From the NCBI GenBank assembly GCA_013265495.1, contig MU058418.1, positions 1,016,917-1,080,916 of the forward strand: a stretch of DNA of 64,000 nucleotides, given 5' to 3'. The notes beneath the pieces are model-generated. The model was not told the origin of the DNA. It saw only the letters and a program-made list of their open reading frames with translations, and did no database searches. Both the position numbers and the translations under genes were made by a program. Every line of letters begins with the position of its first letter. Position 1 is the first letter of the stretch. Source of the stretch: Vicugna vicugna. Lineage: Eukaryota. Shown here piece after piece: positions 39,601 to 53,442 of the stretch.

Positions 39601-42096
39601 TATTCTTACTCTTACCCTTCATAATAGAATTTAGTGCCATTTGGCATTTAGCCAGCTAACTTTAAAACTTACAGAACTGCCAGAGCAAAGAATGAATTTT
39701 GCTTCTTGGAGAATTCACATTTTTAGGTAAAGTTATCAGGAGAGAGACTGGCTTACTGCAGAAAAGTTCTACTCTCTGCCAAATAGAGTGTGATCATGCA
39801 GATGTGTAAGTACATGATGTTCAGAATTTGTTGATTTAGAAAAATTAAGAAGACAACTTACAGTCTTCTGGGTTAGAATGACGGCATGGTTATTTGTTCC
39901 TGCACTATGCAAAATTCAGGGCAATTCTCAAGCAATTCTCAAGCTCATGAAAAGGTGATGGACTATCACTGTATAAGAAACCTAGGCTATTCAAAAAACT
40001 AGGAAAGAACAGGACTAGCCACCTGAAGAGAGCTGTTCAATATTATTTTATTGCTCTTTATTTTTCCTAATAATATATCAGAAGCAAAACTCCAAAGGGA
40101 TGAAATATTCTAAGAGATGCCTGCATACCTGATACTCTTAAAATGCTATTTATATAAAAGAGAAACCAGCCATTTCCCACAAGGTATTACTAATCACATA
40201 GGGTAAAACCATCAGGAATCCAAATGGACACTATATACTAAAGAACAGATTTTAAAACCATGGTATACGGCTCTAAAACAAGTGCTCCCTTCAAATCCAA
40301 GCAGAGGAAACTGACACATTACTGGTCTCCAAAAAGCTAGGTCTTACACACTTACACAGGCTGACCTATTAAAGTCAGCAGCTCACAGATACCCTATATG
40401 TAACCTGATTATCACAGATAGCGGAGGAGAAAACTAAGCCTCAAAATGTAATCACCTGAATATAGCTTAACAATAGATATTAGAAAAATGTTTATTAGGT
40501 GTTTCTAGTATTTCTTCAGATAGTGTCATGTGTACATTTGAAAAGAGACTGGCAACGACATCAAAAGTATACTCAATAGACCATACTCTATTCAACCAAT
40601 CCTAAGAGATGTAAATGGATGCCTCACTACAGTTCTCATTAAACGGTTGCATTTCTCCAGATATCTACATCTAGAGATAAAGGATAAGCTGAGAAATGCT
40701 TAAGCTATTACCTCGCCCTTCAGTACTTTTGATACTTGTTTTACCTAACCTGGAACAGCATGAATAACTGGAGATATGGTTTATAACCTAGATGAACTCT
40801 AAATATGGCTGGGGAGAAGTCATTTAAGTGAAGAATAAGCTTTCAGTCTGGTGAACCTTTGAAATGTAGATTGTCACTAAGCCAAGGTATTTAGTTTAGT
40901 TTCTCTCTTTCTGTTTTAAAAAAAAATAAGGACATGGCCTTCTAGTGATACAACTTCCCATTACTTAAAAAGAAGTATCCTTTATGGTATAATTTCCAAA
41001 ACAGTAGAGAAGAAATTATCTAGCCTGGTTTAATGCATAAACCAAGTAATTCCATATACTTTTCCTACTTTGTCCGTATTTTTCATTTGTGAATGACAAC
41101 AAGATTCATTTGAATTCATACGAGGTTTTTAATGAGGAACCTTTAATGAGGAAGGAATTGTGCAGTAATAACTCTATTGTAAAGGAAAATTCATTGTTTT
41201 TTTAAGAAGTTTTTTTTAAGAGAGATTCATTCTTAATAGTTAATGAACACTTACATAATCCTACAGGCTTCTGCTGAAGCAAAACTGCCTATTAATAGTA
41301 TAAGATGTTTTCTGAACAATTTTTAAAGTGTGAAAGTCTTTTCTCTTTCCAACTTGCCTAATTCTAAGAACTGCCTCTAGAGTTTTTAAACACACTCCCA
41401 TTCGCACAAACTCCAAGTACCCCCATCTAGAGAATCTCATTCAAATTAGTATGGGTTGAAATCCAAACATCAGTATTTTAGGTGATTCTAAGATGCATCC
41501 AGGGTTGAGAACCACTGTCCTAGACTTATTAAATGTGAAACACAGTATGGGAGACTCAGGAATCTGTATGATCTAGTGATTCTAGTTCAGCCAGGACAGA
41601 TATGGACAATAATATTTTACCTCTTCAAGGAAAGTGATTTGGAACTAACACTATGAGAATACCGAACTGGAAATGGGATGCAAAGTCATTATAAGTAAAA
41701 CTATGATATAGAAACCAATGAAAGACTATTAGTTAAGAAGCTTTACTCAGTAAATGTATTCTAAACTTCTATACGTGCATTAGCAGGCATATATGGACTA
41801 CAGGGATCTAAAAAAGACATCTACCTTAAGAAATATTTACAGCACAATATGAGGGGGTGGAGGAGGGGAGCAAAGAAGTTTCTAAGATTTATTACCTTCA
41901 TAGACTTTTGCTGTTTAGACAAAATGGTGGAAACCTATACTAGAGTACAAGGTAGAAATGAAATTGACACAAAACATATATACACATGCATACATTAGAT
42001 TAACATTGTATGGTAGGCTCATAAAAAGTATCCTGACAATAAAAAAAAAAGGACAATGTGGTACATGCTCATTTGCAGATATTACATTCTGACATA

Positions 42097-42332
42097 TAGT
42101 TGATCCTTGAACAATGCCAGGGTTAGGGGCGCTGACCCTCTCCAGAGTCCAAAATCCAAGTAAAATTTACAGTTGGCCCTCTGAATACACACAGTTCCTC
42201 CATATTCGTGGTTCCACATCCACAGATTTAATCAACCAAAGAGTATGATATACTGTAGTATTTAATACAGAAAAGAATCTATGTATAAGTGGGCTTGTGC
42301 AGTTCAAATCTATGTTGTTTAAGGATCAACTG
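42097..42332. mobile_element. Tigger-family MITE (MER8/Tigger2-like)
   Basis: TIRs tagttgatccttgaacaa / ttgtttaaggatcaactg, flanked by TA on both sides. Confidence 0.85.
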
Positions 42333-42706
42333 TATATTCTTTCAGACTTCTATATATACACATTTTATTTTTATTAAATATATTATTAGCTTCTCATTTG
42401 ATATCGTTAACATGACTGTATATAGACATCGCCTATGTGAGAGGTAATACAGTACAATGGTTAAAGCACACAGCTCTGAAACCAGACAATCTGGTTTTGA
42501 TCCCAACTCTGGCATTAACCAACTATCTGATCCTGGGCAAAATGCTATGGATGAGAGCTAGATGAAGCTTTAGATCCAGGGAATTTATATCCTTTCCTTA
42601 GATCAAACCCCGAAAGGCAAAATTACTGGGTCCAAAGCTATAAAGGTTAAGACTTCAAATGTCCTCCAGAGAGGCTACCTTGCTGTAGATTAAGGAGGTA
42701 CACAAC

Positions 42707-43212
42707 TGTAGTAGGCTATTACTTCAGTGGCTTACAATAAACCATGCCTCTTGGTATCTTTTTTTCTGTATTCTCTCCCATTATTTGCTTGGCCATGTGA
42801 CTACTGCCTTTCATCAATGGTATATTAGCAAATATTTGTGAATTACAATAGGGCTTGTTCTCTTGGAACATTTGTTCATGAAGAAATTCTCTCTTGGAGC
42901 CCAGCCACCATTACTCTGTTAGAAGTCTAACCATCCAAATGAAGGCAAACTCAGGACCTCATCAACAGCTCCAGCTTATCTCCCAGATGGTAGCTAGTAC
43001 CAAACTGCCAGCCAGCCATATGACTGAGTCATCTTAGAAATAAACCCTCCAGCCCCAGTCAAGCTGCTCCAGCAGATATCAAGGAGAACAGAGATAAACT
43101 GTCCCTTCTAAGATTTGATCAAACTGTAGAACTATGATAGTGAATGTTAATTGTTGTTTTAAGCCACCAACTTTTGAGGATCTTTGTTACACAGCGATAG
43201 ATAACTGAATCA
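42707..43212 (+). mobile_element. MaLR MLT1-like solo LTR
   Basis: tgtagtagg... start; ccagccccagtcaagc; ends ttgttgttttaagccac...ttgttacacagcgatagataactgaatca. Confidence 0.8.
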
Positions 43213-45609
43213 GTGACCTGACTTTGGTAGAGTAATGCTAAATAAGAAGAAACTGAGAGGATAGTATTTCAAATATAAAAACTTGACCTAAAAAGCGTAT
43301 ATACTTTCAACATTTTTAAACTCTTTGCTATTTACTTTTACTTCCTGATTAGCTCTTGACTATTTTCTGAGTAACTGAAGTTTCCAGAAAATCCAAAAGA
43401 GTTAATTGATTCTGGATTATTTAGAGGAAGTATTCCTCCGTAACTTAAGAAGCTGATCAAATGAGCTCAACCTGAAGATTTTCTACTCTAAACAAAGGCA
43501 AAGTTCTAAAATAAAAGTTATAATTTAAGACTGAGGTGCTTTCTCTAGAATAACTTGACAAACCTCTAGTTTATCTGTCTAGAACAGATAGTATGAAATA
43601 GTTTGCCACCTATATTATAAAAGAATGAAGCTGAGGTATTTCTTTGAAGAATTACCTGGAAAACTATAAAAAACGTAAAAAATGGTATTTATTTAGTCTT
43701 AATTCTCTAAAACATAAGTGATCCCTGTATTAACACATTCCTTTCTCTTCTAGTCAGAGTGATTAGCTATAATAAGAGCAACTAGACAACGATATTAAAC
43801 ACTATATGCATGCATGCTTTAAATTTACAAATTGACAGCAGTACCATTATGATACTTCACTCCTTTCATAAAGCCCCAGAATGATTATTGTTCTAATAAT
43901 CTGAAAGTACTCAAATCACTAATACAAAATCTTTTTATTAGAAATAGTAAGTAACTCTCTAAGAATCTTCATAATAAACCATGGTTAACAGCACAGGTCA
44001 CAAGAGGAGTCATAACTTGTCATCCACGTTTCAGTACGTTAATAATTAGGTCAGTATAATTTTAAAAAATTATGGCCAGCAGACCCTCTTTAATTGTTAA
44101 GTGTAATCAGTGTTTGAGGTAGGGCTGGAGAGCAGAGCATTCTGGTCTTTTCTCAAAATTTAAGTTCATTTCAGAGTACTCTGTCTCACCTCTTTTCATA
44201 TGTCTCCTTCCTTGCCCTCTCTTCCAAGTTGTGTTGTGAAGTCTGTAAGAAAAGGAAATCATCCCAGATCCTTTCACCTCTAGCCCCTAAGCCCTACCTG
44301 GAAGTATGGTGAATAAGTTATTTTAAATCATGACATTTATAAGTATTAATTATGAAGTCTCATAAGCCATTAAACTGATGTTACTTAGAATGCTAATAAG
44401 TATACAGAAAAGGCATTTATTGAGAATCTACCATGAATGCTGGACTAAGTATATAGACATTGTCTCTGACGTAGAAGATCTTATAATGACAAGGATAGGT
44501 TAGGGTAAGGAGGTACACATTAAGGAGAGTGGAATATCGTGCAGAAGTGTCTGTAAGATAGTATACAATGTGGGGAGTATACTATTATGATAAGGACATG
44601 TATGCACATCCTGTTAGGCTTAGAGACCTTAAAGCCAACAGAAAATTTTTCTAAGTATACTTTCATAGCTGCTTACATCATCATGTATCAAAAGTTTTCA
44701 AGTTTAGTTATGGATGAAAAGTTCAGAGTCTGTTTTTTCCATTTACTTAAGATATTCAAGGTTATAGTCATTAAGGTTGTATCTCAGAGAGACACTTAAG
44801 GTTCAAATAATTGTTACATCCCTTTTAGTGGTTGAAGTTCCTGACATGATATACATTGTTGGGGGGAAAAATGCAAGCAAATATACATGAATATACATAC
44901 ATTCATTATTTCCTTTGTATGATTGTAGACTTAGCATAACAGAAGCTAATCACAAGTTTGTGACACAATTTCTGATTCCTGGAAGCAGGAAAAAAAAAAC
45001 CAGACAAGTTAATCAAGCAGACCTGGGTTCAAGCCCTCCTCTGGAACTCATTAATAGTATGACCATATCAAGTTCTATCCTCTAAATCTGAGCGGCAGCA
45101 TCTTTAAAATTAAGATACTGCCACTTAGCTCAATTAAATAGGAACTACTATTACTTCATACATATTAACACTTATTGGATACTTAGCATAGTGCAAATAC
45201 TATGCCACATGTCACATTTAATCCTCTGAAGTATCATTTTATGGCTGAAGAAGCTCAGAAAGAGGAGTTATATGAAACTTGTTCAGGGTCACATGTCTAC
45301 TAATAGGCAAGAGATAGAGAGGATTCTTACCTATGTTCAAAGTTCATGCTCTTAAGGAACACTATGGTCAGAGTACCTGACCCAAAAGAGATATTAAATA
45401 AAAAAGGTTAAAACCTCTACTAAATATTAAATATTGCAACAACTACTATGTGCAAAGAGCTAAGTAGCACTTGGTTAAGAGGCTTTTAAAGATATTTGAA
45501 CACTGCATAAAAAGTGCTTCTGAGTTCTCATAAATTAACATTAAAAGCATAATAATATGAGTAAGACCTCTTCTGTGCAAAATATGGAGCCTAAAAGAAA
45601 GGTGTAACT

Positions 45610-46090
45610 TGTGGACTAAAAATGTCTCTTCCCACATCAGTAAACAAAGGATGTTGTGGCCTCAAGCCATTAGCCACTATAGGAGTGCCCAACTGTGCAC
45701 CCTGAGGGGATTCAGGGTGGAAAAAAACAGGATATTGGCCCTAGATAGTTAAGATGCATCTCCAAGGAATGATTTCAGTAAGCCCAGATTCTTGCATCTT
45801 CCTATACACAGAAAAGTGCTAAATTCATTAACCTGATGTGTATTTTTCTTTAATTAACAGTAATTTTTTGATGTTCTGACTACCTGGCTTTTGTTGCAAA
45901 AACTCCTATATATCCTGGCTCTTCCTGAGCCTTACATGAGAGCACAACCCTGGATTGTAGGCCTCTTGAGACCTGAGCAAAGGGCCCAGCTAAGCCATGC
46001 AGACCTCTGACTTATAGAAAGTGGTAAGGTAATATTTTAAGGAGCTACATTTATGATAATTTTTAACACAGCATTAGAAAACTAGTGCAT
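45610..46090 (+). mobile_element. ERV-like LTR fragment (~45610-45930) followed by an MLT1 3' fragment
   Basis: tgtggactaaaaatgtc...gatagttaagatgcat...aaaaactcctatatatcctggct, then cagctaagccatgc...acacagcattagaaaacta. Confidence 0.55.
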
Positions 46091-46550
46091 CCAGCAAAAC
46101 TGTCATTCAAAAATAAAGATTAAATGACATTCTCAGATGAACAAAGACTGTAAGAATTCATAGCAAGCACATCTACCTTACAAGAAATACTAAAGAAAGC
46201 CCTTCAGGCTGAAAAGAAATGGCATCAGACGTTAACTGGGATCCACATGAAGACATAAAGAGCAGCAATAAAGGTAATTACTTATGTAAATATATAAGAT
46301 AGTATAAATTTTTCTCTCTTAGCTGATTAAAAAGATAACTGCATAAAACAGAAAACTATACTATTGCCCTTATAGCATATAAAGCTGTAATAAACATGAC
46401 AATAATAGCAAAAAGGAAGAGGGACTATACTGGAGCAAAGTTTCTATTTCACTAGAATTAGTTAGTATTAATCTGAAGTACACTGAAAAGCTGAGGTATA
46501 TTGTGACTCCTAGATCAAACATTAATAATAATTTTTAGAAGAAGTTAAAA

Positions 46551-46685
46551 GGGGAGGAGGGTGTAGCTCAGTGACAGAGTGCGTGCTTGGCATGCACAAG
46601 GTCCTGGGTTCAATCCCAGTACCTCCATTAAAAACAAACAAATAAATAAATAAACCTAATTACCTCCTCCACACACACACACACA
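46551..46685 (+). mobile_element. Vic-1-like tRNA SINE nested in L1
   Basis: gggtgtagctcagtgacagagtgcgtgcttggcatgcacaaggtcctgggttcaatcccagtacctccattaaaa. Confidence 0.9.
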
Positions 46686-46849
46686 AAGGTAAAAAGGTCT
46701 CAAGAATTTAAATGGTACAACAGAAAATATCTATTTAACACAAAAGGAATAAAGGAAACAGAGAGAAAAATAAGAGACATACAGAAAACAAGTACTAAAA
46801 TGGCAGAAATAAACCCATCATACCAATAATTTCATTAAACATAAATGAT

Positions 46850-47412
46850 TAAGGGAGAAAATATTTGCAAATGAAATGACCAGTAAGGGGTTAATATCCA
46901 AAATATATAAACAGCTTACAACTCAACAACAAAAAACAAACCCAATTAAAAAATGGGCAGAAAGTGGAATAGACATTTTTCCAAAGACATGCAGATGGCC
47001 AATAGGCACAGGAAAAGATGCTCAATGTCGTTAATCATCAGAGTAATGCAAATTAAAACCAGAGTGAGGTATCACTTCTATACCTGTCAGAATGGCTATC
47101 CTGAAAGAGACCATAAATAACTAATGTAGGTGAGGATGTGGAGAAAAGGGAACCCTTGTACATTGTTGGTGGGAATGTTAAACTGGTGCAGCCACTATGG
47201 AAACAGTATGGAGGTTTCTCAAAAAACTAAAAATATAAGTACCATAAGACCTAGCAATTTCACTGCTAGGTATATATCTGAAAAAAAAACCAAAACATTA
47301 ATTTACAAAAGATATGTGCACCTCAAAGTTCACAGCAGCATTATTTACAATTGCCAAGATATGGAAAGCAACCTAAGTGTCCATCAACAGATGAATGGAT
47401 AAACATAAACAT

Positions 47413-47449
<37 letters not shown>

Positions 47450-47914
47450 GGACTACTACTCAGCCATAAAAAAGAGCAAAATTTTGCCATTTGCAGTAAC
47501 ATGGATGGACTTGGAGGCTATTATGCTAAGTGAAATAAGTCAGACAGAGAAAGATGAAGACTGTGTGATACCTCTTATATATGGAATACAAAAAATTAAA
47601 AGAAACTAATGAACAAAAAAGAAACAGACTCATAGATATGGAGAACAAAGTACTGGTTAGCAGTGGGGAAAGGGAAGGGGGAGGGGCAAAATGGGTGGGG
47701 ATTAAGAGTTGGAAACTACTATGTATAAACTAAGCTACAAGGATATATTACATAATACAGGGAACACAGCCAATATTTTATAACTATAAATGGAATATAA
47801 CCTTTAAACATTGTGAATCACTATGTGGTACACCTGACACTTATATAATAATACTGTACATTAACTATACCTCAATTTTTAAAAATTGTAAAAAAAAAAC
47901 AATAGAACAAAACA
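46850..47914 (+). mobile_element. Younger 5'-truncated L1 nested in the older L1
   Basis: L1 ORF2 C-terminus, 3'UTR and A tail. TSD aaacataaatga at 46837-48 / 47915-26. Confidence 0.9.
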
Positions 47915-48746
47915 AAACATAAATGAATTAAATACTCCAATCAAAAGGCAGAAAATGTCAGACTGAATAAAAAACTTATATCCTATCAGAGACATACTTA
48001 AGATTCAAAAACAAAAAATAGATTAAGAGTAGAAAGATGGGAAATGATACAGCTTAAAATAACCCTAAGAAAGCTGCAGTGGCTATATTAGTATCAGATA
48101 AAATAGATTTTAAGACAGAGTAAGGACTGAGATTCTTAGCAAAAGGTCTTGAAGAAATGCTTTGGTAACTTGGAGGCCTCCTTCTGCCATTATTTGTTTC
48201 CATGTTTTTTATTATGGTAATAATACATTTATTATTTGTTCTGCTGTAACCTCCTTTTCCCCCACAACACACATAATACTCAAATCTGTCTCCAGTTCTT
48301 TTCTACCATCCTTGGGTAAGGAAAGACTATCTCAGATGTTTAGATCAACTGGAAAAGAAGTCTAGTTTTCTTGACAGGAAAACTTAAGCAATATGATAGA
48401 AGTATCAGTGAAACCCCAAAAAGAAAATGAGATACAGGTCAGGTCTTCTGTTAGTTGGGTAGGAGTAGGGAGCCCTATACAGGGACTGACGGTGAATGGG
48501 AGAAAATGTAATGTCAGGGCAAGTGTAGGAATCAACAATAGTAAATAACAGCTACTATGAATTAAAAGAACAAAATTCCTCTGTAGATTCTGGCATAGAA
48601 TATAGAATTTCTAGCAATGCAGACATCAAAAAACTGCCAAGATATCTGTGAACCCACATGATGCTCAATTTCCTTATGTAATAAGATGATCCTATCAAGA
48701 AAATAAGGCTCTAACCTTTGGTTGGTTAGATTAAGAAATTTTCTCA

Positions 48747-48905
48747 GGGGGAGGGTATAGCTCAAGTGGTAGAGCGCATGCTTATTAGCATATACAAGAT
48801 CATGGGTTCAATCCCCAGTACCTTCTCTAAAAATAAATAAATAAGTTAACTACCTACCTCCTGCCCCCCAAAAATTTAAAAAATAATAAAATAAATTTAA
48901 AAAAA
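48747..48905 (+). mobile_element. Vic-1-like tRNA SINE
   Basis: gggggagggtatagctcaagtggtagagcgcatgctt...gggttcaatccccagtacc. Degenerate TSD aagaaattttc / aagaaaatttc. Confidence 0.9.
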
Positions 48906-50374
48906 AGAAAATTTCCCTATCTTAGTAAAGAATGGAATGTGTGTGAAATAAGTGTATACCTGGAGTTTGCCACAGTGGGTAACAGTAAGCAGTGAGTGGC
49001 CACTGATCAAAAACAGTGAGATAGGGCAAAAAGGATTAAAAAAACAAAAAGAAGAAAGAAAGAAAAGAAAAGAAAGGAAAAACCAAAAACTCTCAGGAGA
49101 AAAAGTCCTGTGTGCAATGGTTTCTTCATATATGAGGCACCCTGAATATTCCAGGCCAATATCACTTAAAATCAACTTTAAAAAAAGTCACACAAAGTCA
49201 ACCTCAAATCCAAGGAAACTGCACAGATGTCTGGTAGTTGAGTCTAAAACTTTACTTTAAATAGCCCCATATGGCTAATGGATACTATATTAGAGCAGTT
49301 TTAGACAAAGGCAGATCAAAAGTCCTAGAGAAAAGCAGACCAAAGAACACATTCCTTCTAAATAATCCATGGAACTATATTCATAAGTGACAGTCTACTT
49401 CAACCTATCAAGCTTTTCTTAACTTTATGAAAGTTTGATCAGATTCTATATAATTACAACCCTACACTGCTCCTTTAGTTCTGATGTTCTTGAGCTTTCT
49501 TCATAAAGAAGCTCTGGGTGCCATACATATTTTTTAAATGCTTCACAACCTTTTCTCAAGTTGGATTTTTAAAATCTATTCTGTCACAAATGGATGTGGC
49601 GTTTTAAAAAGAAGACTGTTTTTGCTTGTTTTAAATGATTGCCTGAAGTTAGGGTGCAGGTTTCTTCTCAAAACAGAAACAAAAAAATCATGTGACATCA
49701 GATGAAATTGTGTAGTTATACACTGACTGCCTAAAATACTTAAATATATTTTAGACTTGGAGACCTAGAATCACAAGTTGCAAAAGTCAAAGTACTTTTT
49801 TCCTAATGTGTGCAGTGAATGGAAGATACTATTGCTTTAAGAATTTGCTCAGACTTATGGAGGGTCAAAGGCCTGACAATAAATGGTATCTTTCCTAAGT
49901 TAAATTTTAATCAAGAGCCAATAATCTAAAGTATCCATCAACTAGAACTCATAATTTTGCACTTATCTAGTCTCAGAAGTTAGCCCTCTCTCATACAAAG
50001 GTACTAAAAAATACACTGGTCATTTAGCATTGTTAATCTTGACCTATACTTGGATAGCCAAAGTGAAAGTCTTTTAGTAATTTTCTCCGTAGCTTGGAAA
50101 ATAAACCTCTAAGGCTTAAGTAGCACACTCAACTTTTTCCATGAAAAAAAAAATTTTCTATGCCTTTGGTAAAACATCTTGGCTTACTAGAAAGCAAGGA
50201 ATAATGAGAGCTGATGGTGCTAGATTTTAATGGGGAGGAAGAAAGATAAGGCTGTGTGGCCTAAGACCAAGGCTCAAAGTCAGGCTAAGCCCCAGTCCTT
50301 ACCAACTGTTTCTCTTGTAGTTAAGTCTAGAGTCTCTCCTGTTGGAAATAATCTTTAGGACAAAGGCAAGTCAT

Positions 50375-50856
50375 TCTTACTAGTTTCCTATTGCTGCTAT
50401 AACAAATTACCACAAACTTAGTAGCTTAAAGCAACACAAATTTATTATCTTATAGAAGTCCGAAATGAGTCTTGCTGAGCTAAATCAAGATGTCACCAGG
50501 GCTGTATTCCTTCTGCAGGATCTAGGGGAGAATTCATTTCCTTATCTTACCTAGCTTCCAGAGGATGCCTGCATTCTCTGGCTCATGGTCCTTTTTTCCA
50601 TCTTCAAAGTCAGCAATCAGATCACTACAACCTCTGCTTCCATTGTCACATCTATGACTGACTCTTCTGCCTGTTCCACTTATAAGGACCCTTGTGATGA
50701 TACTGGACTTACCCAGATAATCCAGGACAACCTCTCCATCTCAACAGCCTTAATTTAATCACATCTGCAAAGGTATTATATGTAAGGTAACATATTCACA
50801 GGCTCTAGGTATTAGGAAGTAGAAATCTTTGGGGAGTTACTATTCTGCCTACCACA
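50375..50856 (-). mobile_element. MaLR MLT1(C/D-like) solo LTR
   Basis: tagtttcctattgctgctataacaaattaccacaaacttagtagcttaaagcaacacaaatttatt...tattctgcctaccaca. Confidence 0.9.
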
Positions 50857-50915
50857 GTCACCCAAGCCACAGGTGCCACCACCAAATACGGCATTTGGCG
50901 ATTCCTAACAAGTAA

Positions 50916-51365
50916 TGTGTGATATAGATAAATGTTGCCACAAATTGTCTGAAGGTCCTTTCATCTAAGAGGCGGAGTCTGTTTCCCTACCCGTTCAATC
51001 TAGACTGGTCTTATGACTTGCTTTCACCAACATAATGTGGTAGAAGTGAAAAACAAGTTTCAGAGCCGAAAACTCAAGAGGTCTTACAACTTCCATCTTC
51101 ATTCTTTTTGAGTGCTATTCTAAAATTGTCACATAAGGAAGCCAGACAAGCCTACTGGAGAATGAGAGGCCATGTGGATGAGAATGAGACACCCCAGGGG
51201 ATAGCCAGATAGGCCAGCTCTCAAGCTGAAAGCAGCTACATAAATGAGCACAGGCAAAAGCCAGCAGAGAAACCATCCAGCCAGCCCACAGGACGGCAGG
51301 AACAAATCACTGCTTTACATCATTGTATTCTGTGGTGGTTTGTTACGCATAGCTAACTGTGACAC
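50916..51365 (+). mobile_element. MaLR MLT1-like solo LTR
   Basis: gaggcggagtctgtttccc...gacttgctttcaccaac...gaagccagacaagcctactggagaatgagaggccatgtgg...ttgttacgcatagctaactg. Confidence 0.75.
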
Positions 51366-53221
51366 AATATTGGTTAGTGAGAAAAATAGCCTATACAATA
51401 TATACAATTTGGATGAGCTTTTGGCAGGTCATTAGGAAGGTCACTAGGATTAAATTTGGGAGAACAGCAGGTAGACTTGGCTATATCACAAAGCACGATC
51501 ACGCTGAAACAGGAAATGACTGTTGTTAAGTAAGAATGATCTTGGTGTATTTCTATGATCTGTTCTAACTGGAAATAGGAGCCATTACAGTTTGTAAGAG
51601 GCAGTCAGATAACTAAAACTATATCAAACAAAACACAAAAGAAGGTACCCATGATACCACCCAAGACACAGCGACTGCCCAAGAGACGGCTAAAACAAAC
51701 CAAACTATAAATAAAGAGGTAGAGAAAGATGTCTGAGCCAGATAGTAAAAAGGGGTCCCGGCATAAAGTGGTCAGAATCCAGTATTAGTACTGTGTGACT
51801 TCGGCAGGTCAGTGACAACATTACCTGTTGGCAGTGAAGGACAGAAAAAGACAGCTACTCTCTCTGCTTAGAACACTACTGACCCATTCTGCCCTTACAC
51901 TCCTGGTCCCTCATGCAGGCTTGGGGTCCCACTGCACACTATGACTATTTTCACCAAGTACTACTATCAAATTGAACTCAATTCAATTAAATTGAATTAA
52001 ATTGAATTGGCCTATCTCCCTACTTCCAGCCTGTAAGCTTCATGCCTTTAAGGGCAAGGCATATGTTACTCTCATCTCCTAGCCAAGCATCTAGCACAGT
52101 GTCTGGCATATAGTAGCAGTTCATAAATGTTCATTTATAGGACAGTTTTAGGAGAAATTGATCAGAGAAAACATCTAATCCTGTTTCAGGTTAGGGTGTA
52201 CTTGCTGTATTATCATATTAAACTTAGCATTCCAAGTAGTCAAAACAATTGGCCCACAGGAGCTACTCAAATGTTAAGTTAAATCTAAAAGAAATTTAGT
52301 TAGAGAAGAATTGATTATACTCTTGAGAGAACAAAACTGGGCAAATACACAGATTATAGGTAAGTATCACATCCTAATATCTAAGTGAAAAGCTCTACAG
52401 TTTATTTCAACTGAAGTATATCAACATCATCTACCCTTTTAAACTAAGAATTCTATCAACTTACTATATTGTGCCACTTTGAGAGCTAACATCATAGTTT
52501 CTCAATATTCAACTTAACTCCCTCCCTACAACCCAGACATTAAATTTACCCAAGCCAATAGCTCAACCAATACCAATTTAATCATTTAATAACGGTATAC
52601 TGACATATAATGTAGAGGGTTACCATGTAAGAACACAAAACATTAAATGATGATATGATAAAAAAAAATCCTGAGCTGGAAAATACCTAAACCCTGATCT
52701 TGGCGAGAAATGACTACAGTTTTGTCAGGCATCATCTTCAGTTTTGCCACCGGTTTATTGACTGGACCTAAACCACCACGAACAGGCTATTTTATCAGCA
52801 CCAACTTTCTCTCTTTAAATAGTTATTCAAAGGAGTTTATAAAAGGCTTAAAGTGAGAAAATTAGTTCTCTAAACTGAAAATTCTTGTGGTTGAACTTAA
52901 TACGAATAACAGATATAATCTAATAACTCACAAGGTTAGATTTTTGTCTTTGTAAAAACTGGACCTTTAGAAAAAAAAGAATGATGTCTAATATTTCATT
53001 CAGCACCTAGGAACAGGGGCTATGCTTTTAAGAGTCTATTGGCATGTGATGAATGTCTAAGAAAAAAAACCTAACTGGCAATTTTATATTTAACTATCAT
53101 TTCCTCCATCATTTACTATCAGCATCCTAAGCTGAATGTTTTTTCATAGTTCTGTATTTTGAAAATAAGATTCTCCAAGTGCTTCTGATTTCCATTACCT
53201 CAGTGCTATGTAAAATTTAGA

Positions 53222-53442
53222 CAAAGGATTGGCAAACCTTTTTCTCAAAGGGCAAGACAGTAAATATTTCAGGCTGTTGCAAATAGTTAATTCTGCTCTT
53301 TCAGTGCATAAGTGGTCATAAATAATATGTAAACATTCATTGGCAAACTAGAGAAAAAAATATGTAAGCAAAACATAAACAGATGTGCTGAGTTCTAATA
53401 AAACCACAAAAACTGGGAAGCCCACAGCTTGCTAAGCCCTGC
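53222..53442. mobile_element. MER58-like hAT MITE
   Basis: caaaggattggcaaacctttt...aagggcaagacagtaaatattt at one end and gcttgctaagccctg at the other. Confidence 0.7.

Larger units (their letters stand above)
46090..48120 (+). mobile_element. Old L1 ORF1/ORF2-junction fragment hosting two nested insertions
   Basis: ORF1-end motifs (cagcaaaactgtcattcaaaaat...ttacaagaaatactaaagaaagcccttcaggctgaa). ORF2-start motifs resume after 47915 (taaatactccaatcaaaaggcag...gtggctatattagtatcagataaaatagatttt). Confidence 0.75.

Noticed and set aside
40400..40700. GATA motif cluster as an erythroid SNX3 enhancer
   Set aside because: WGATAR density is not clearly above chance in AT-rich DNA.
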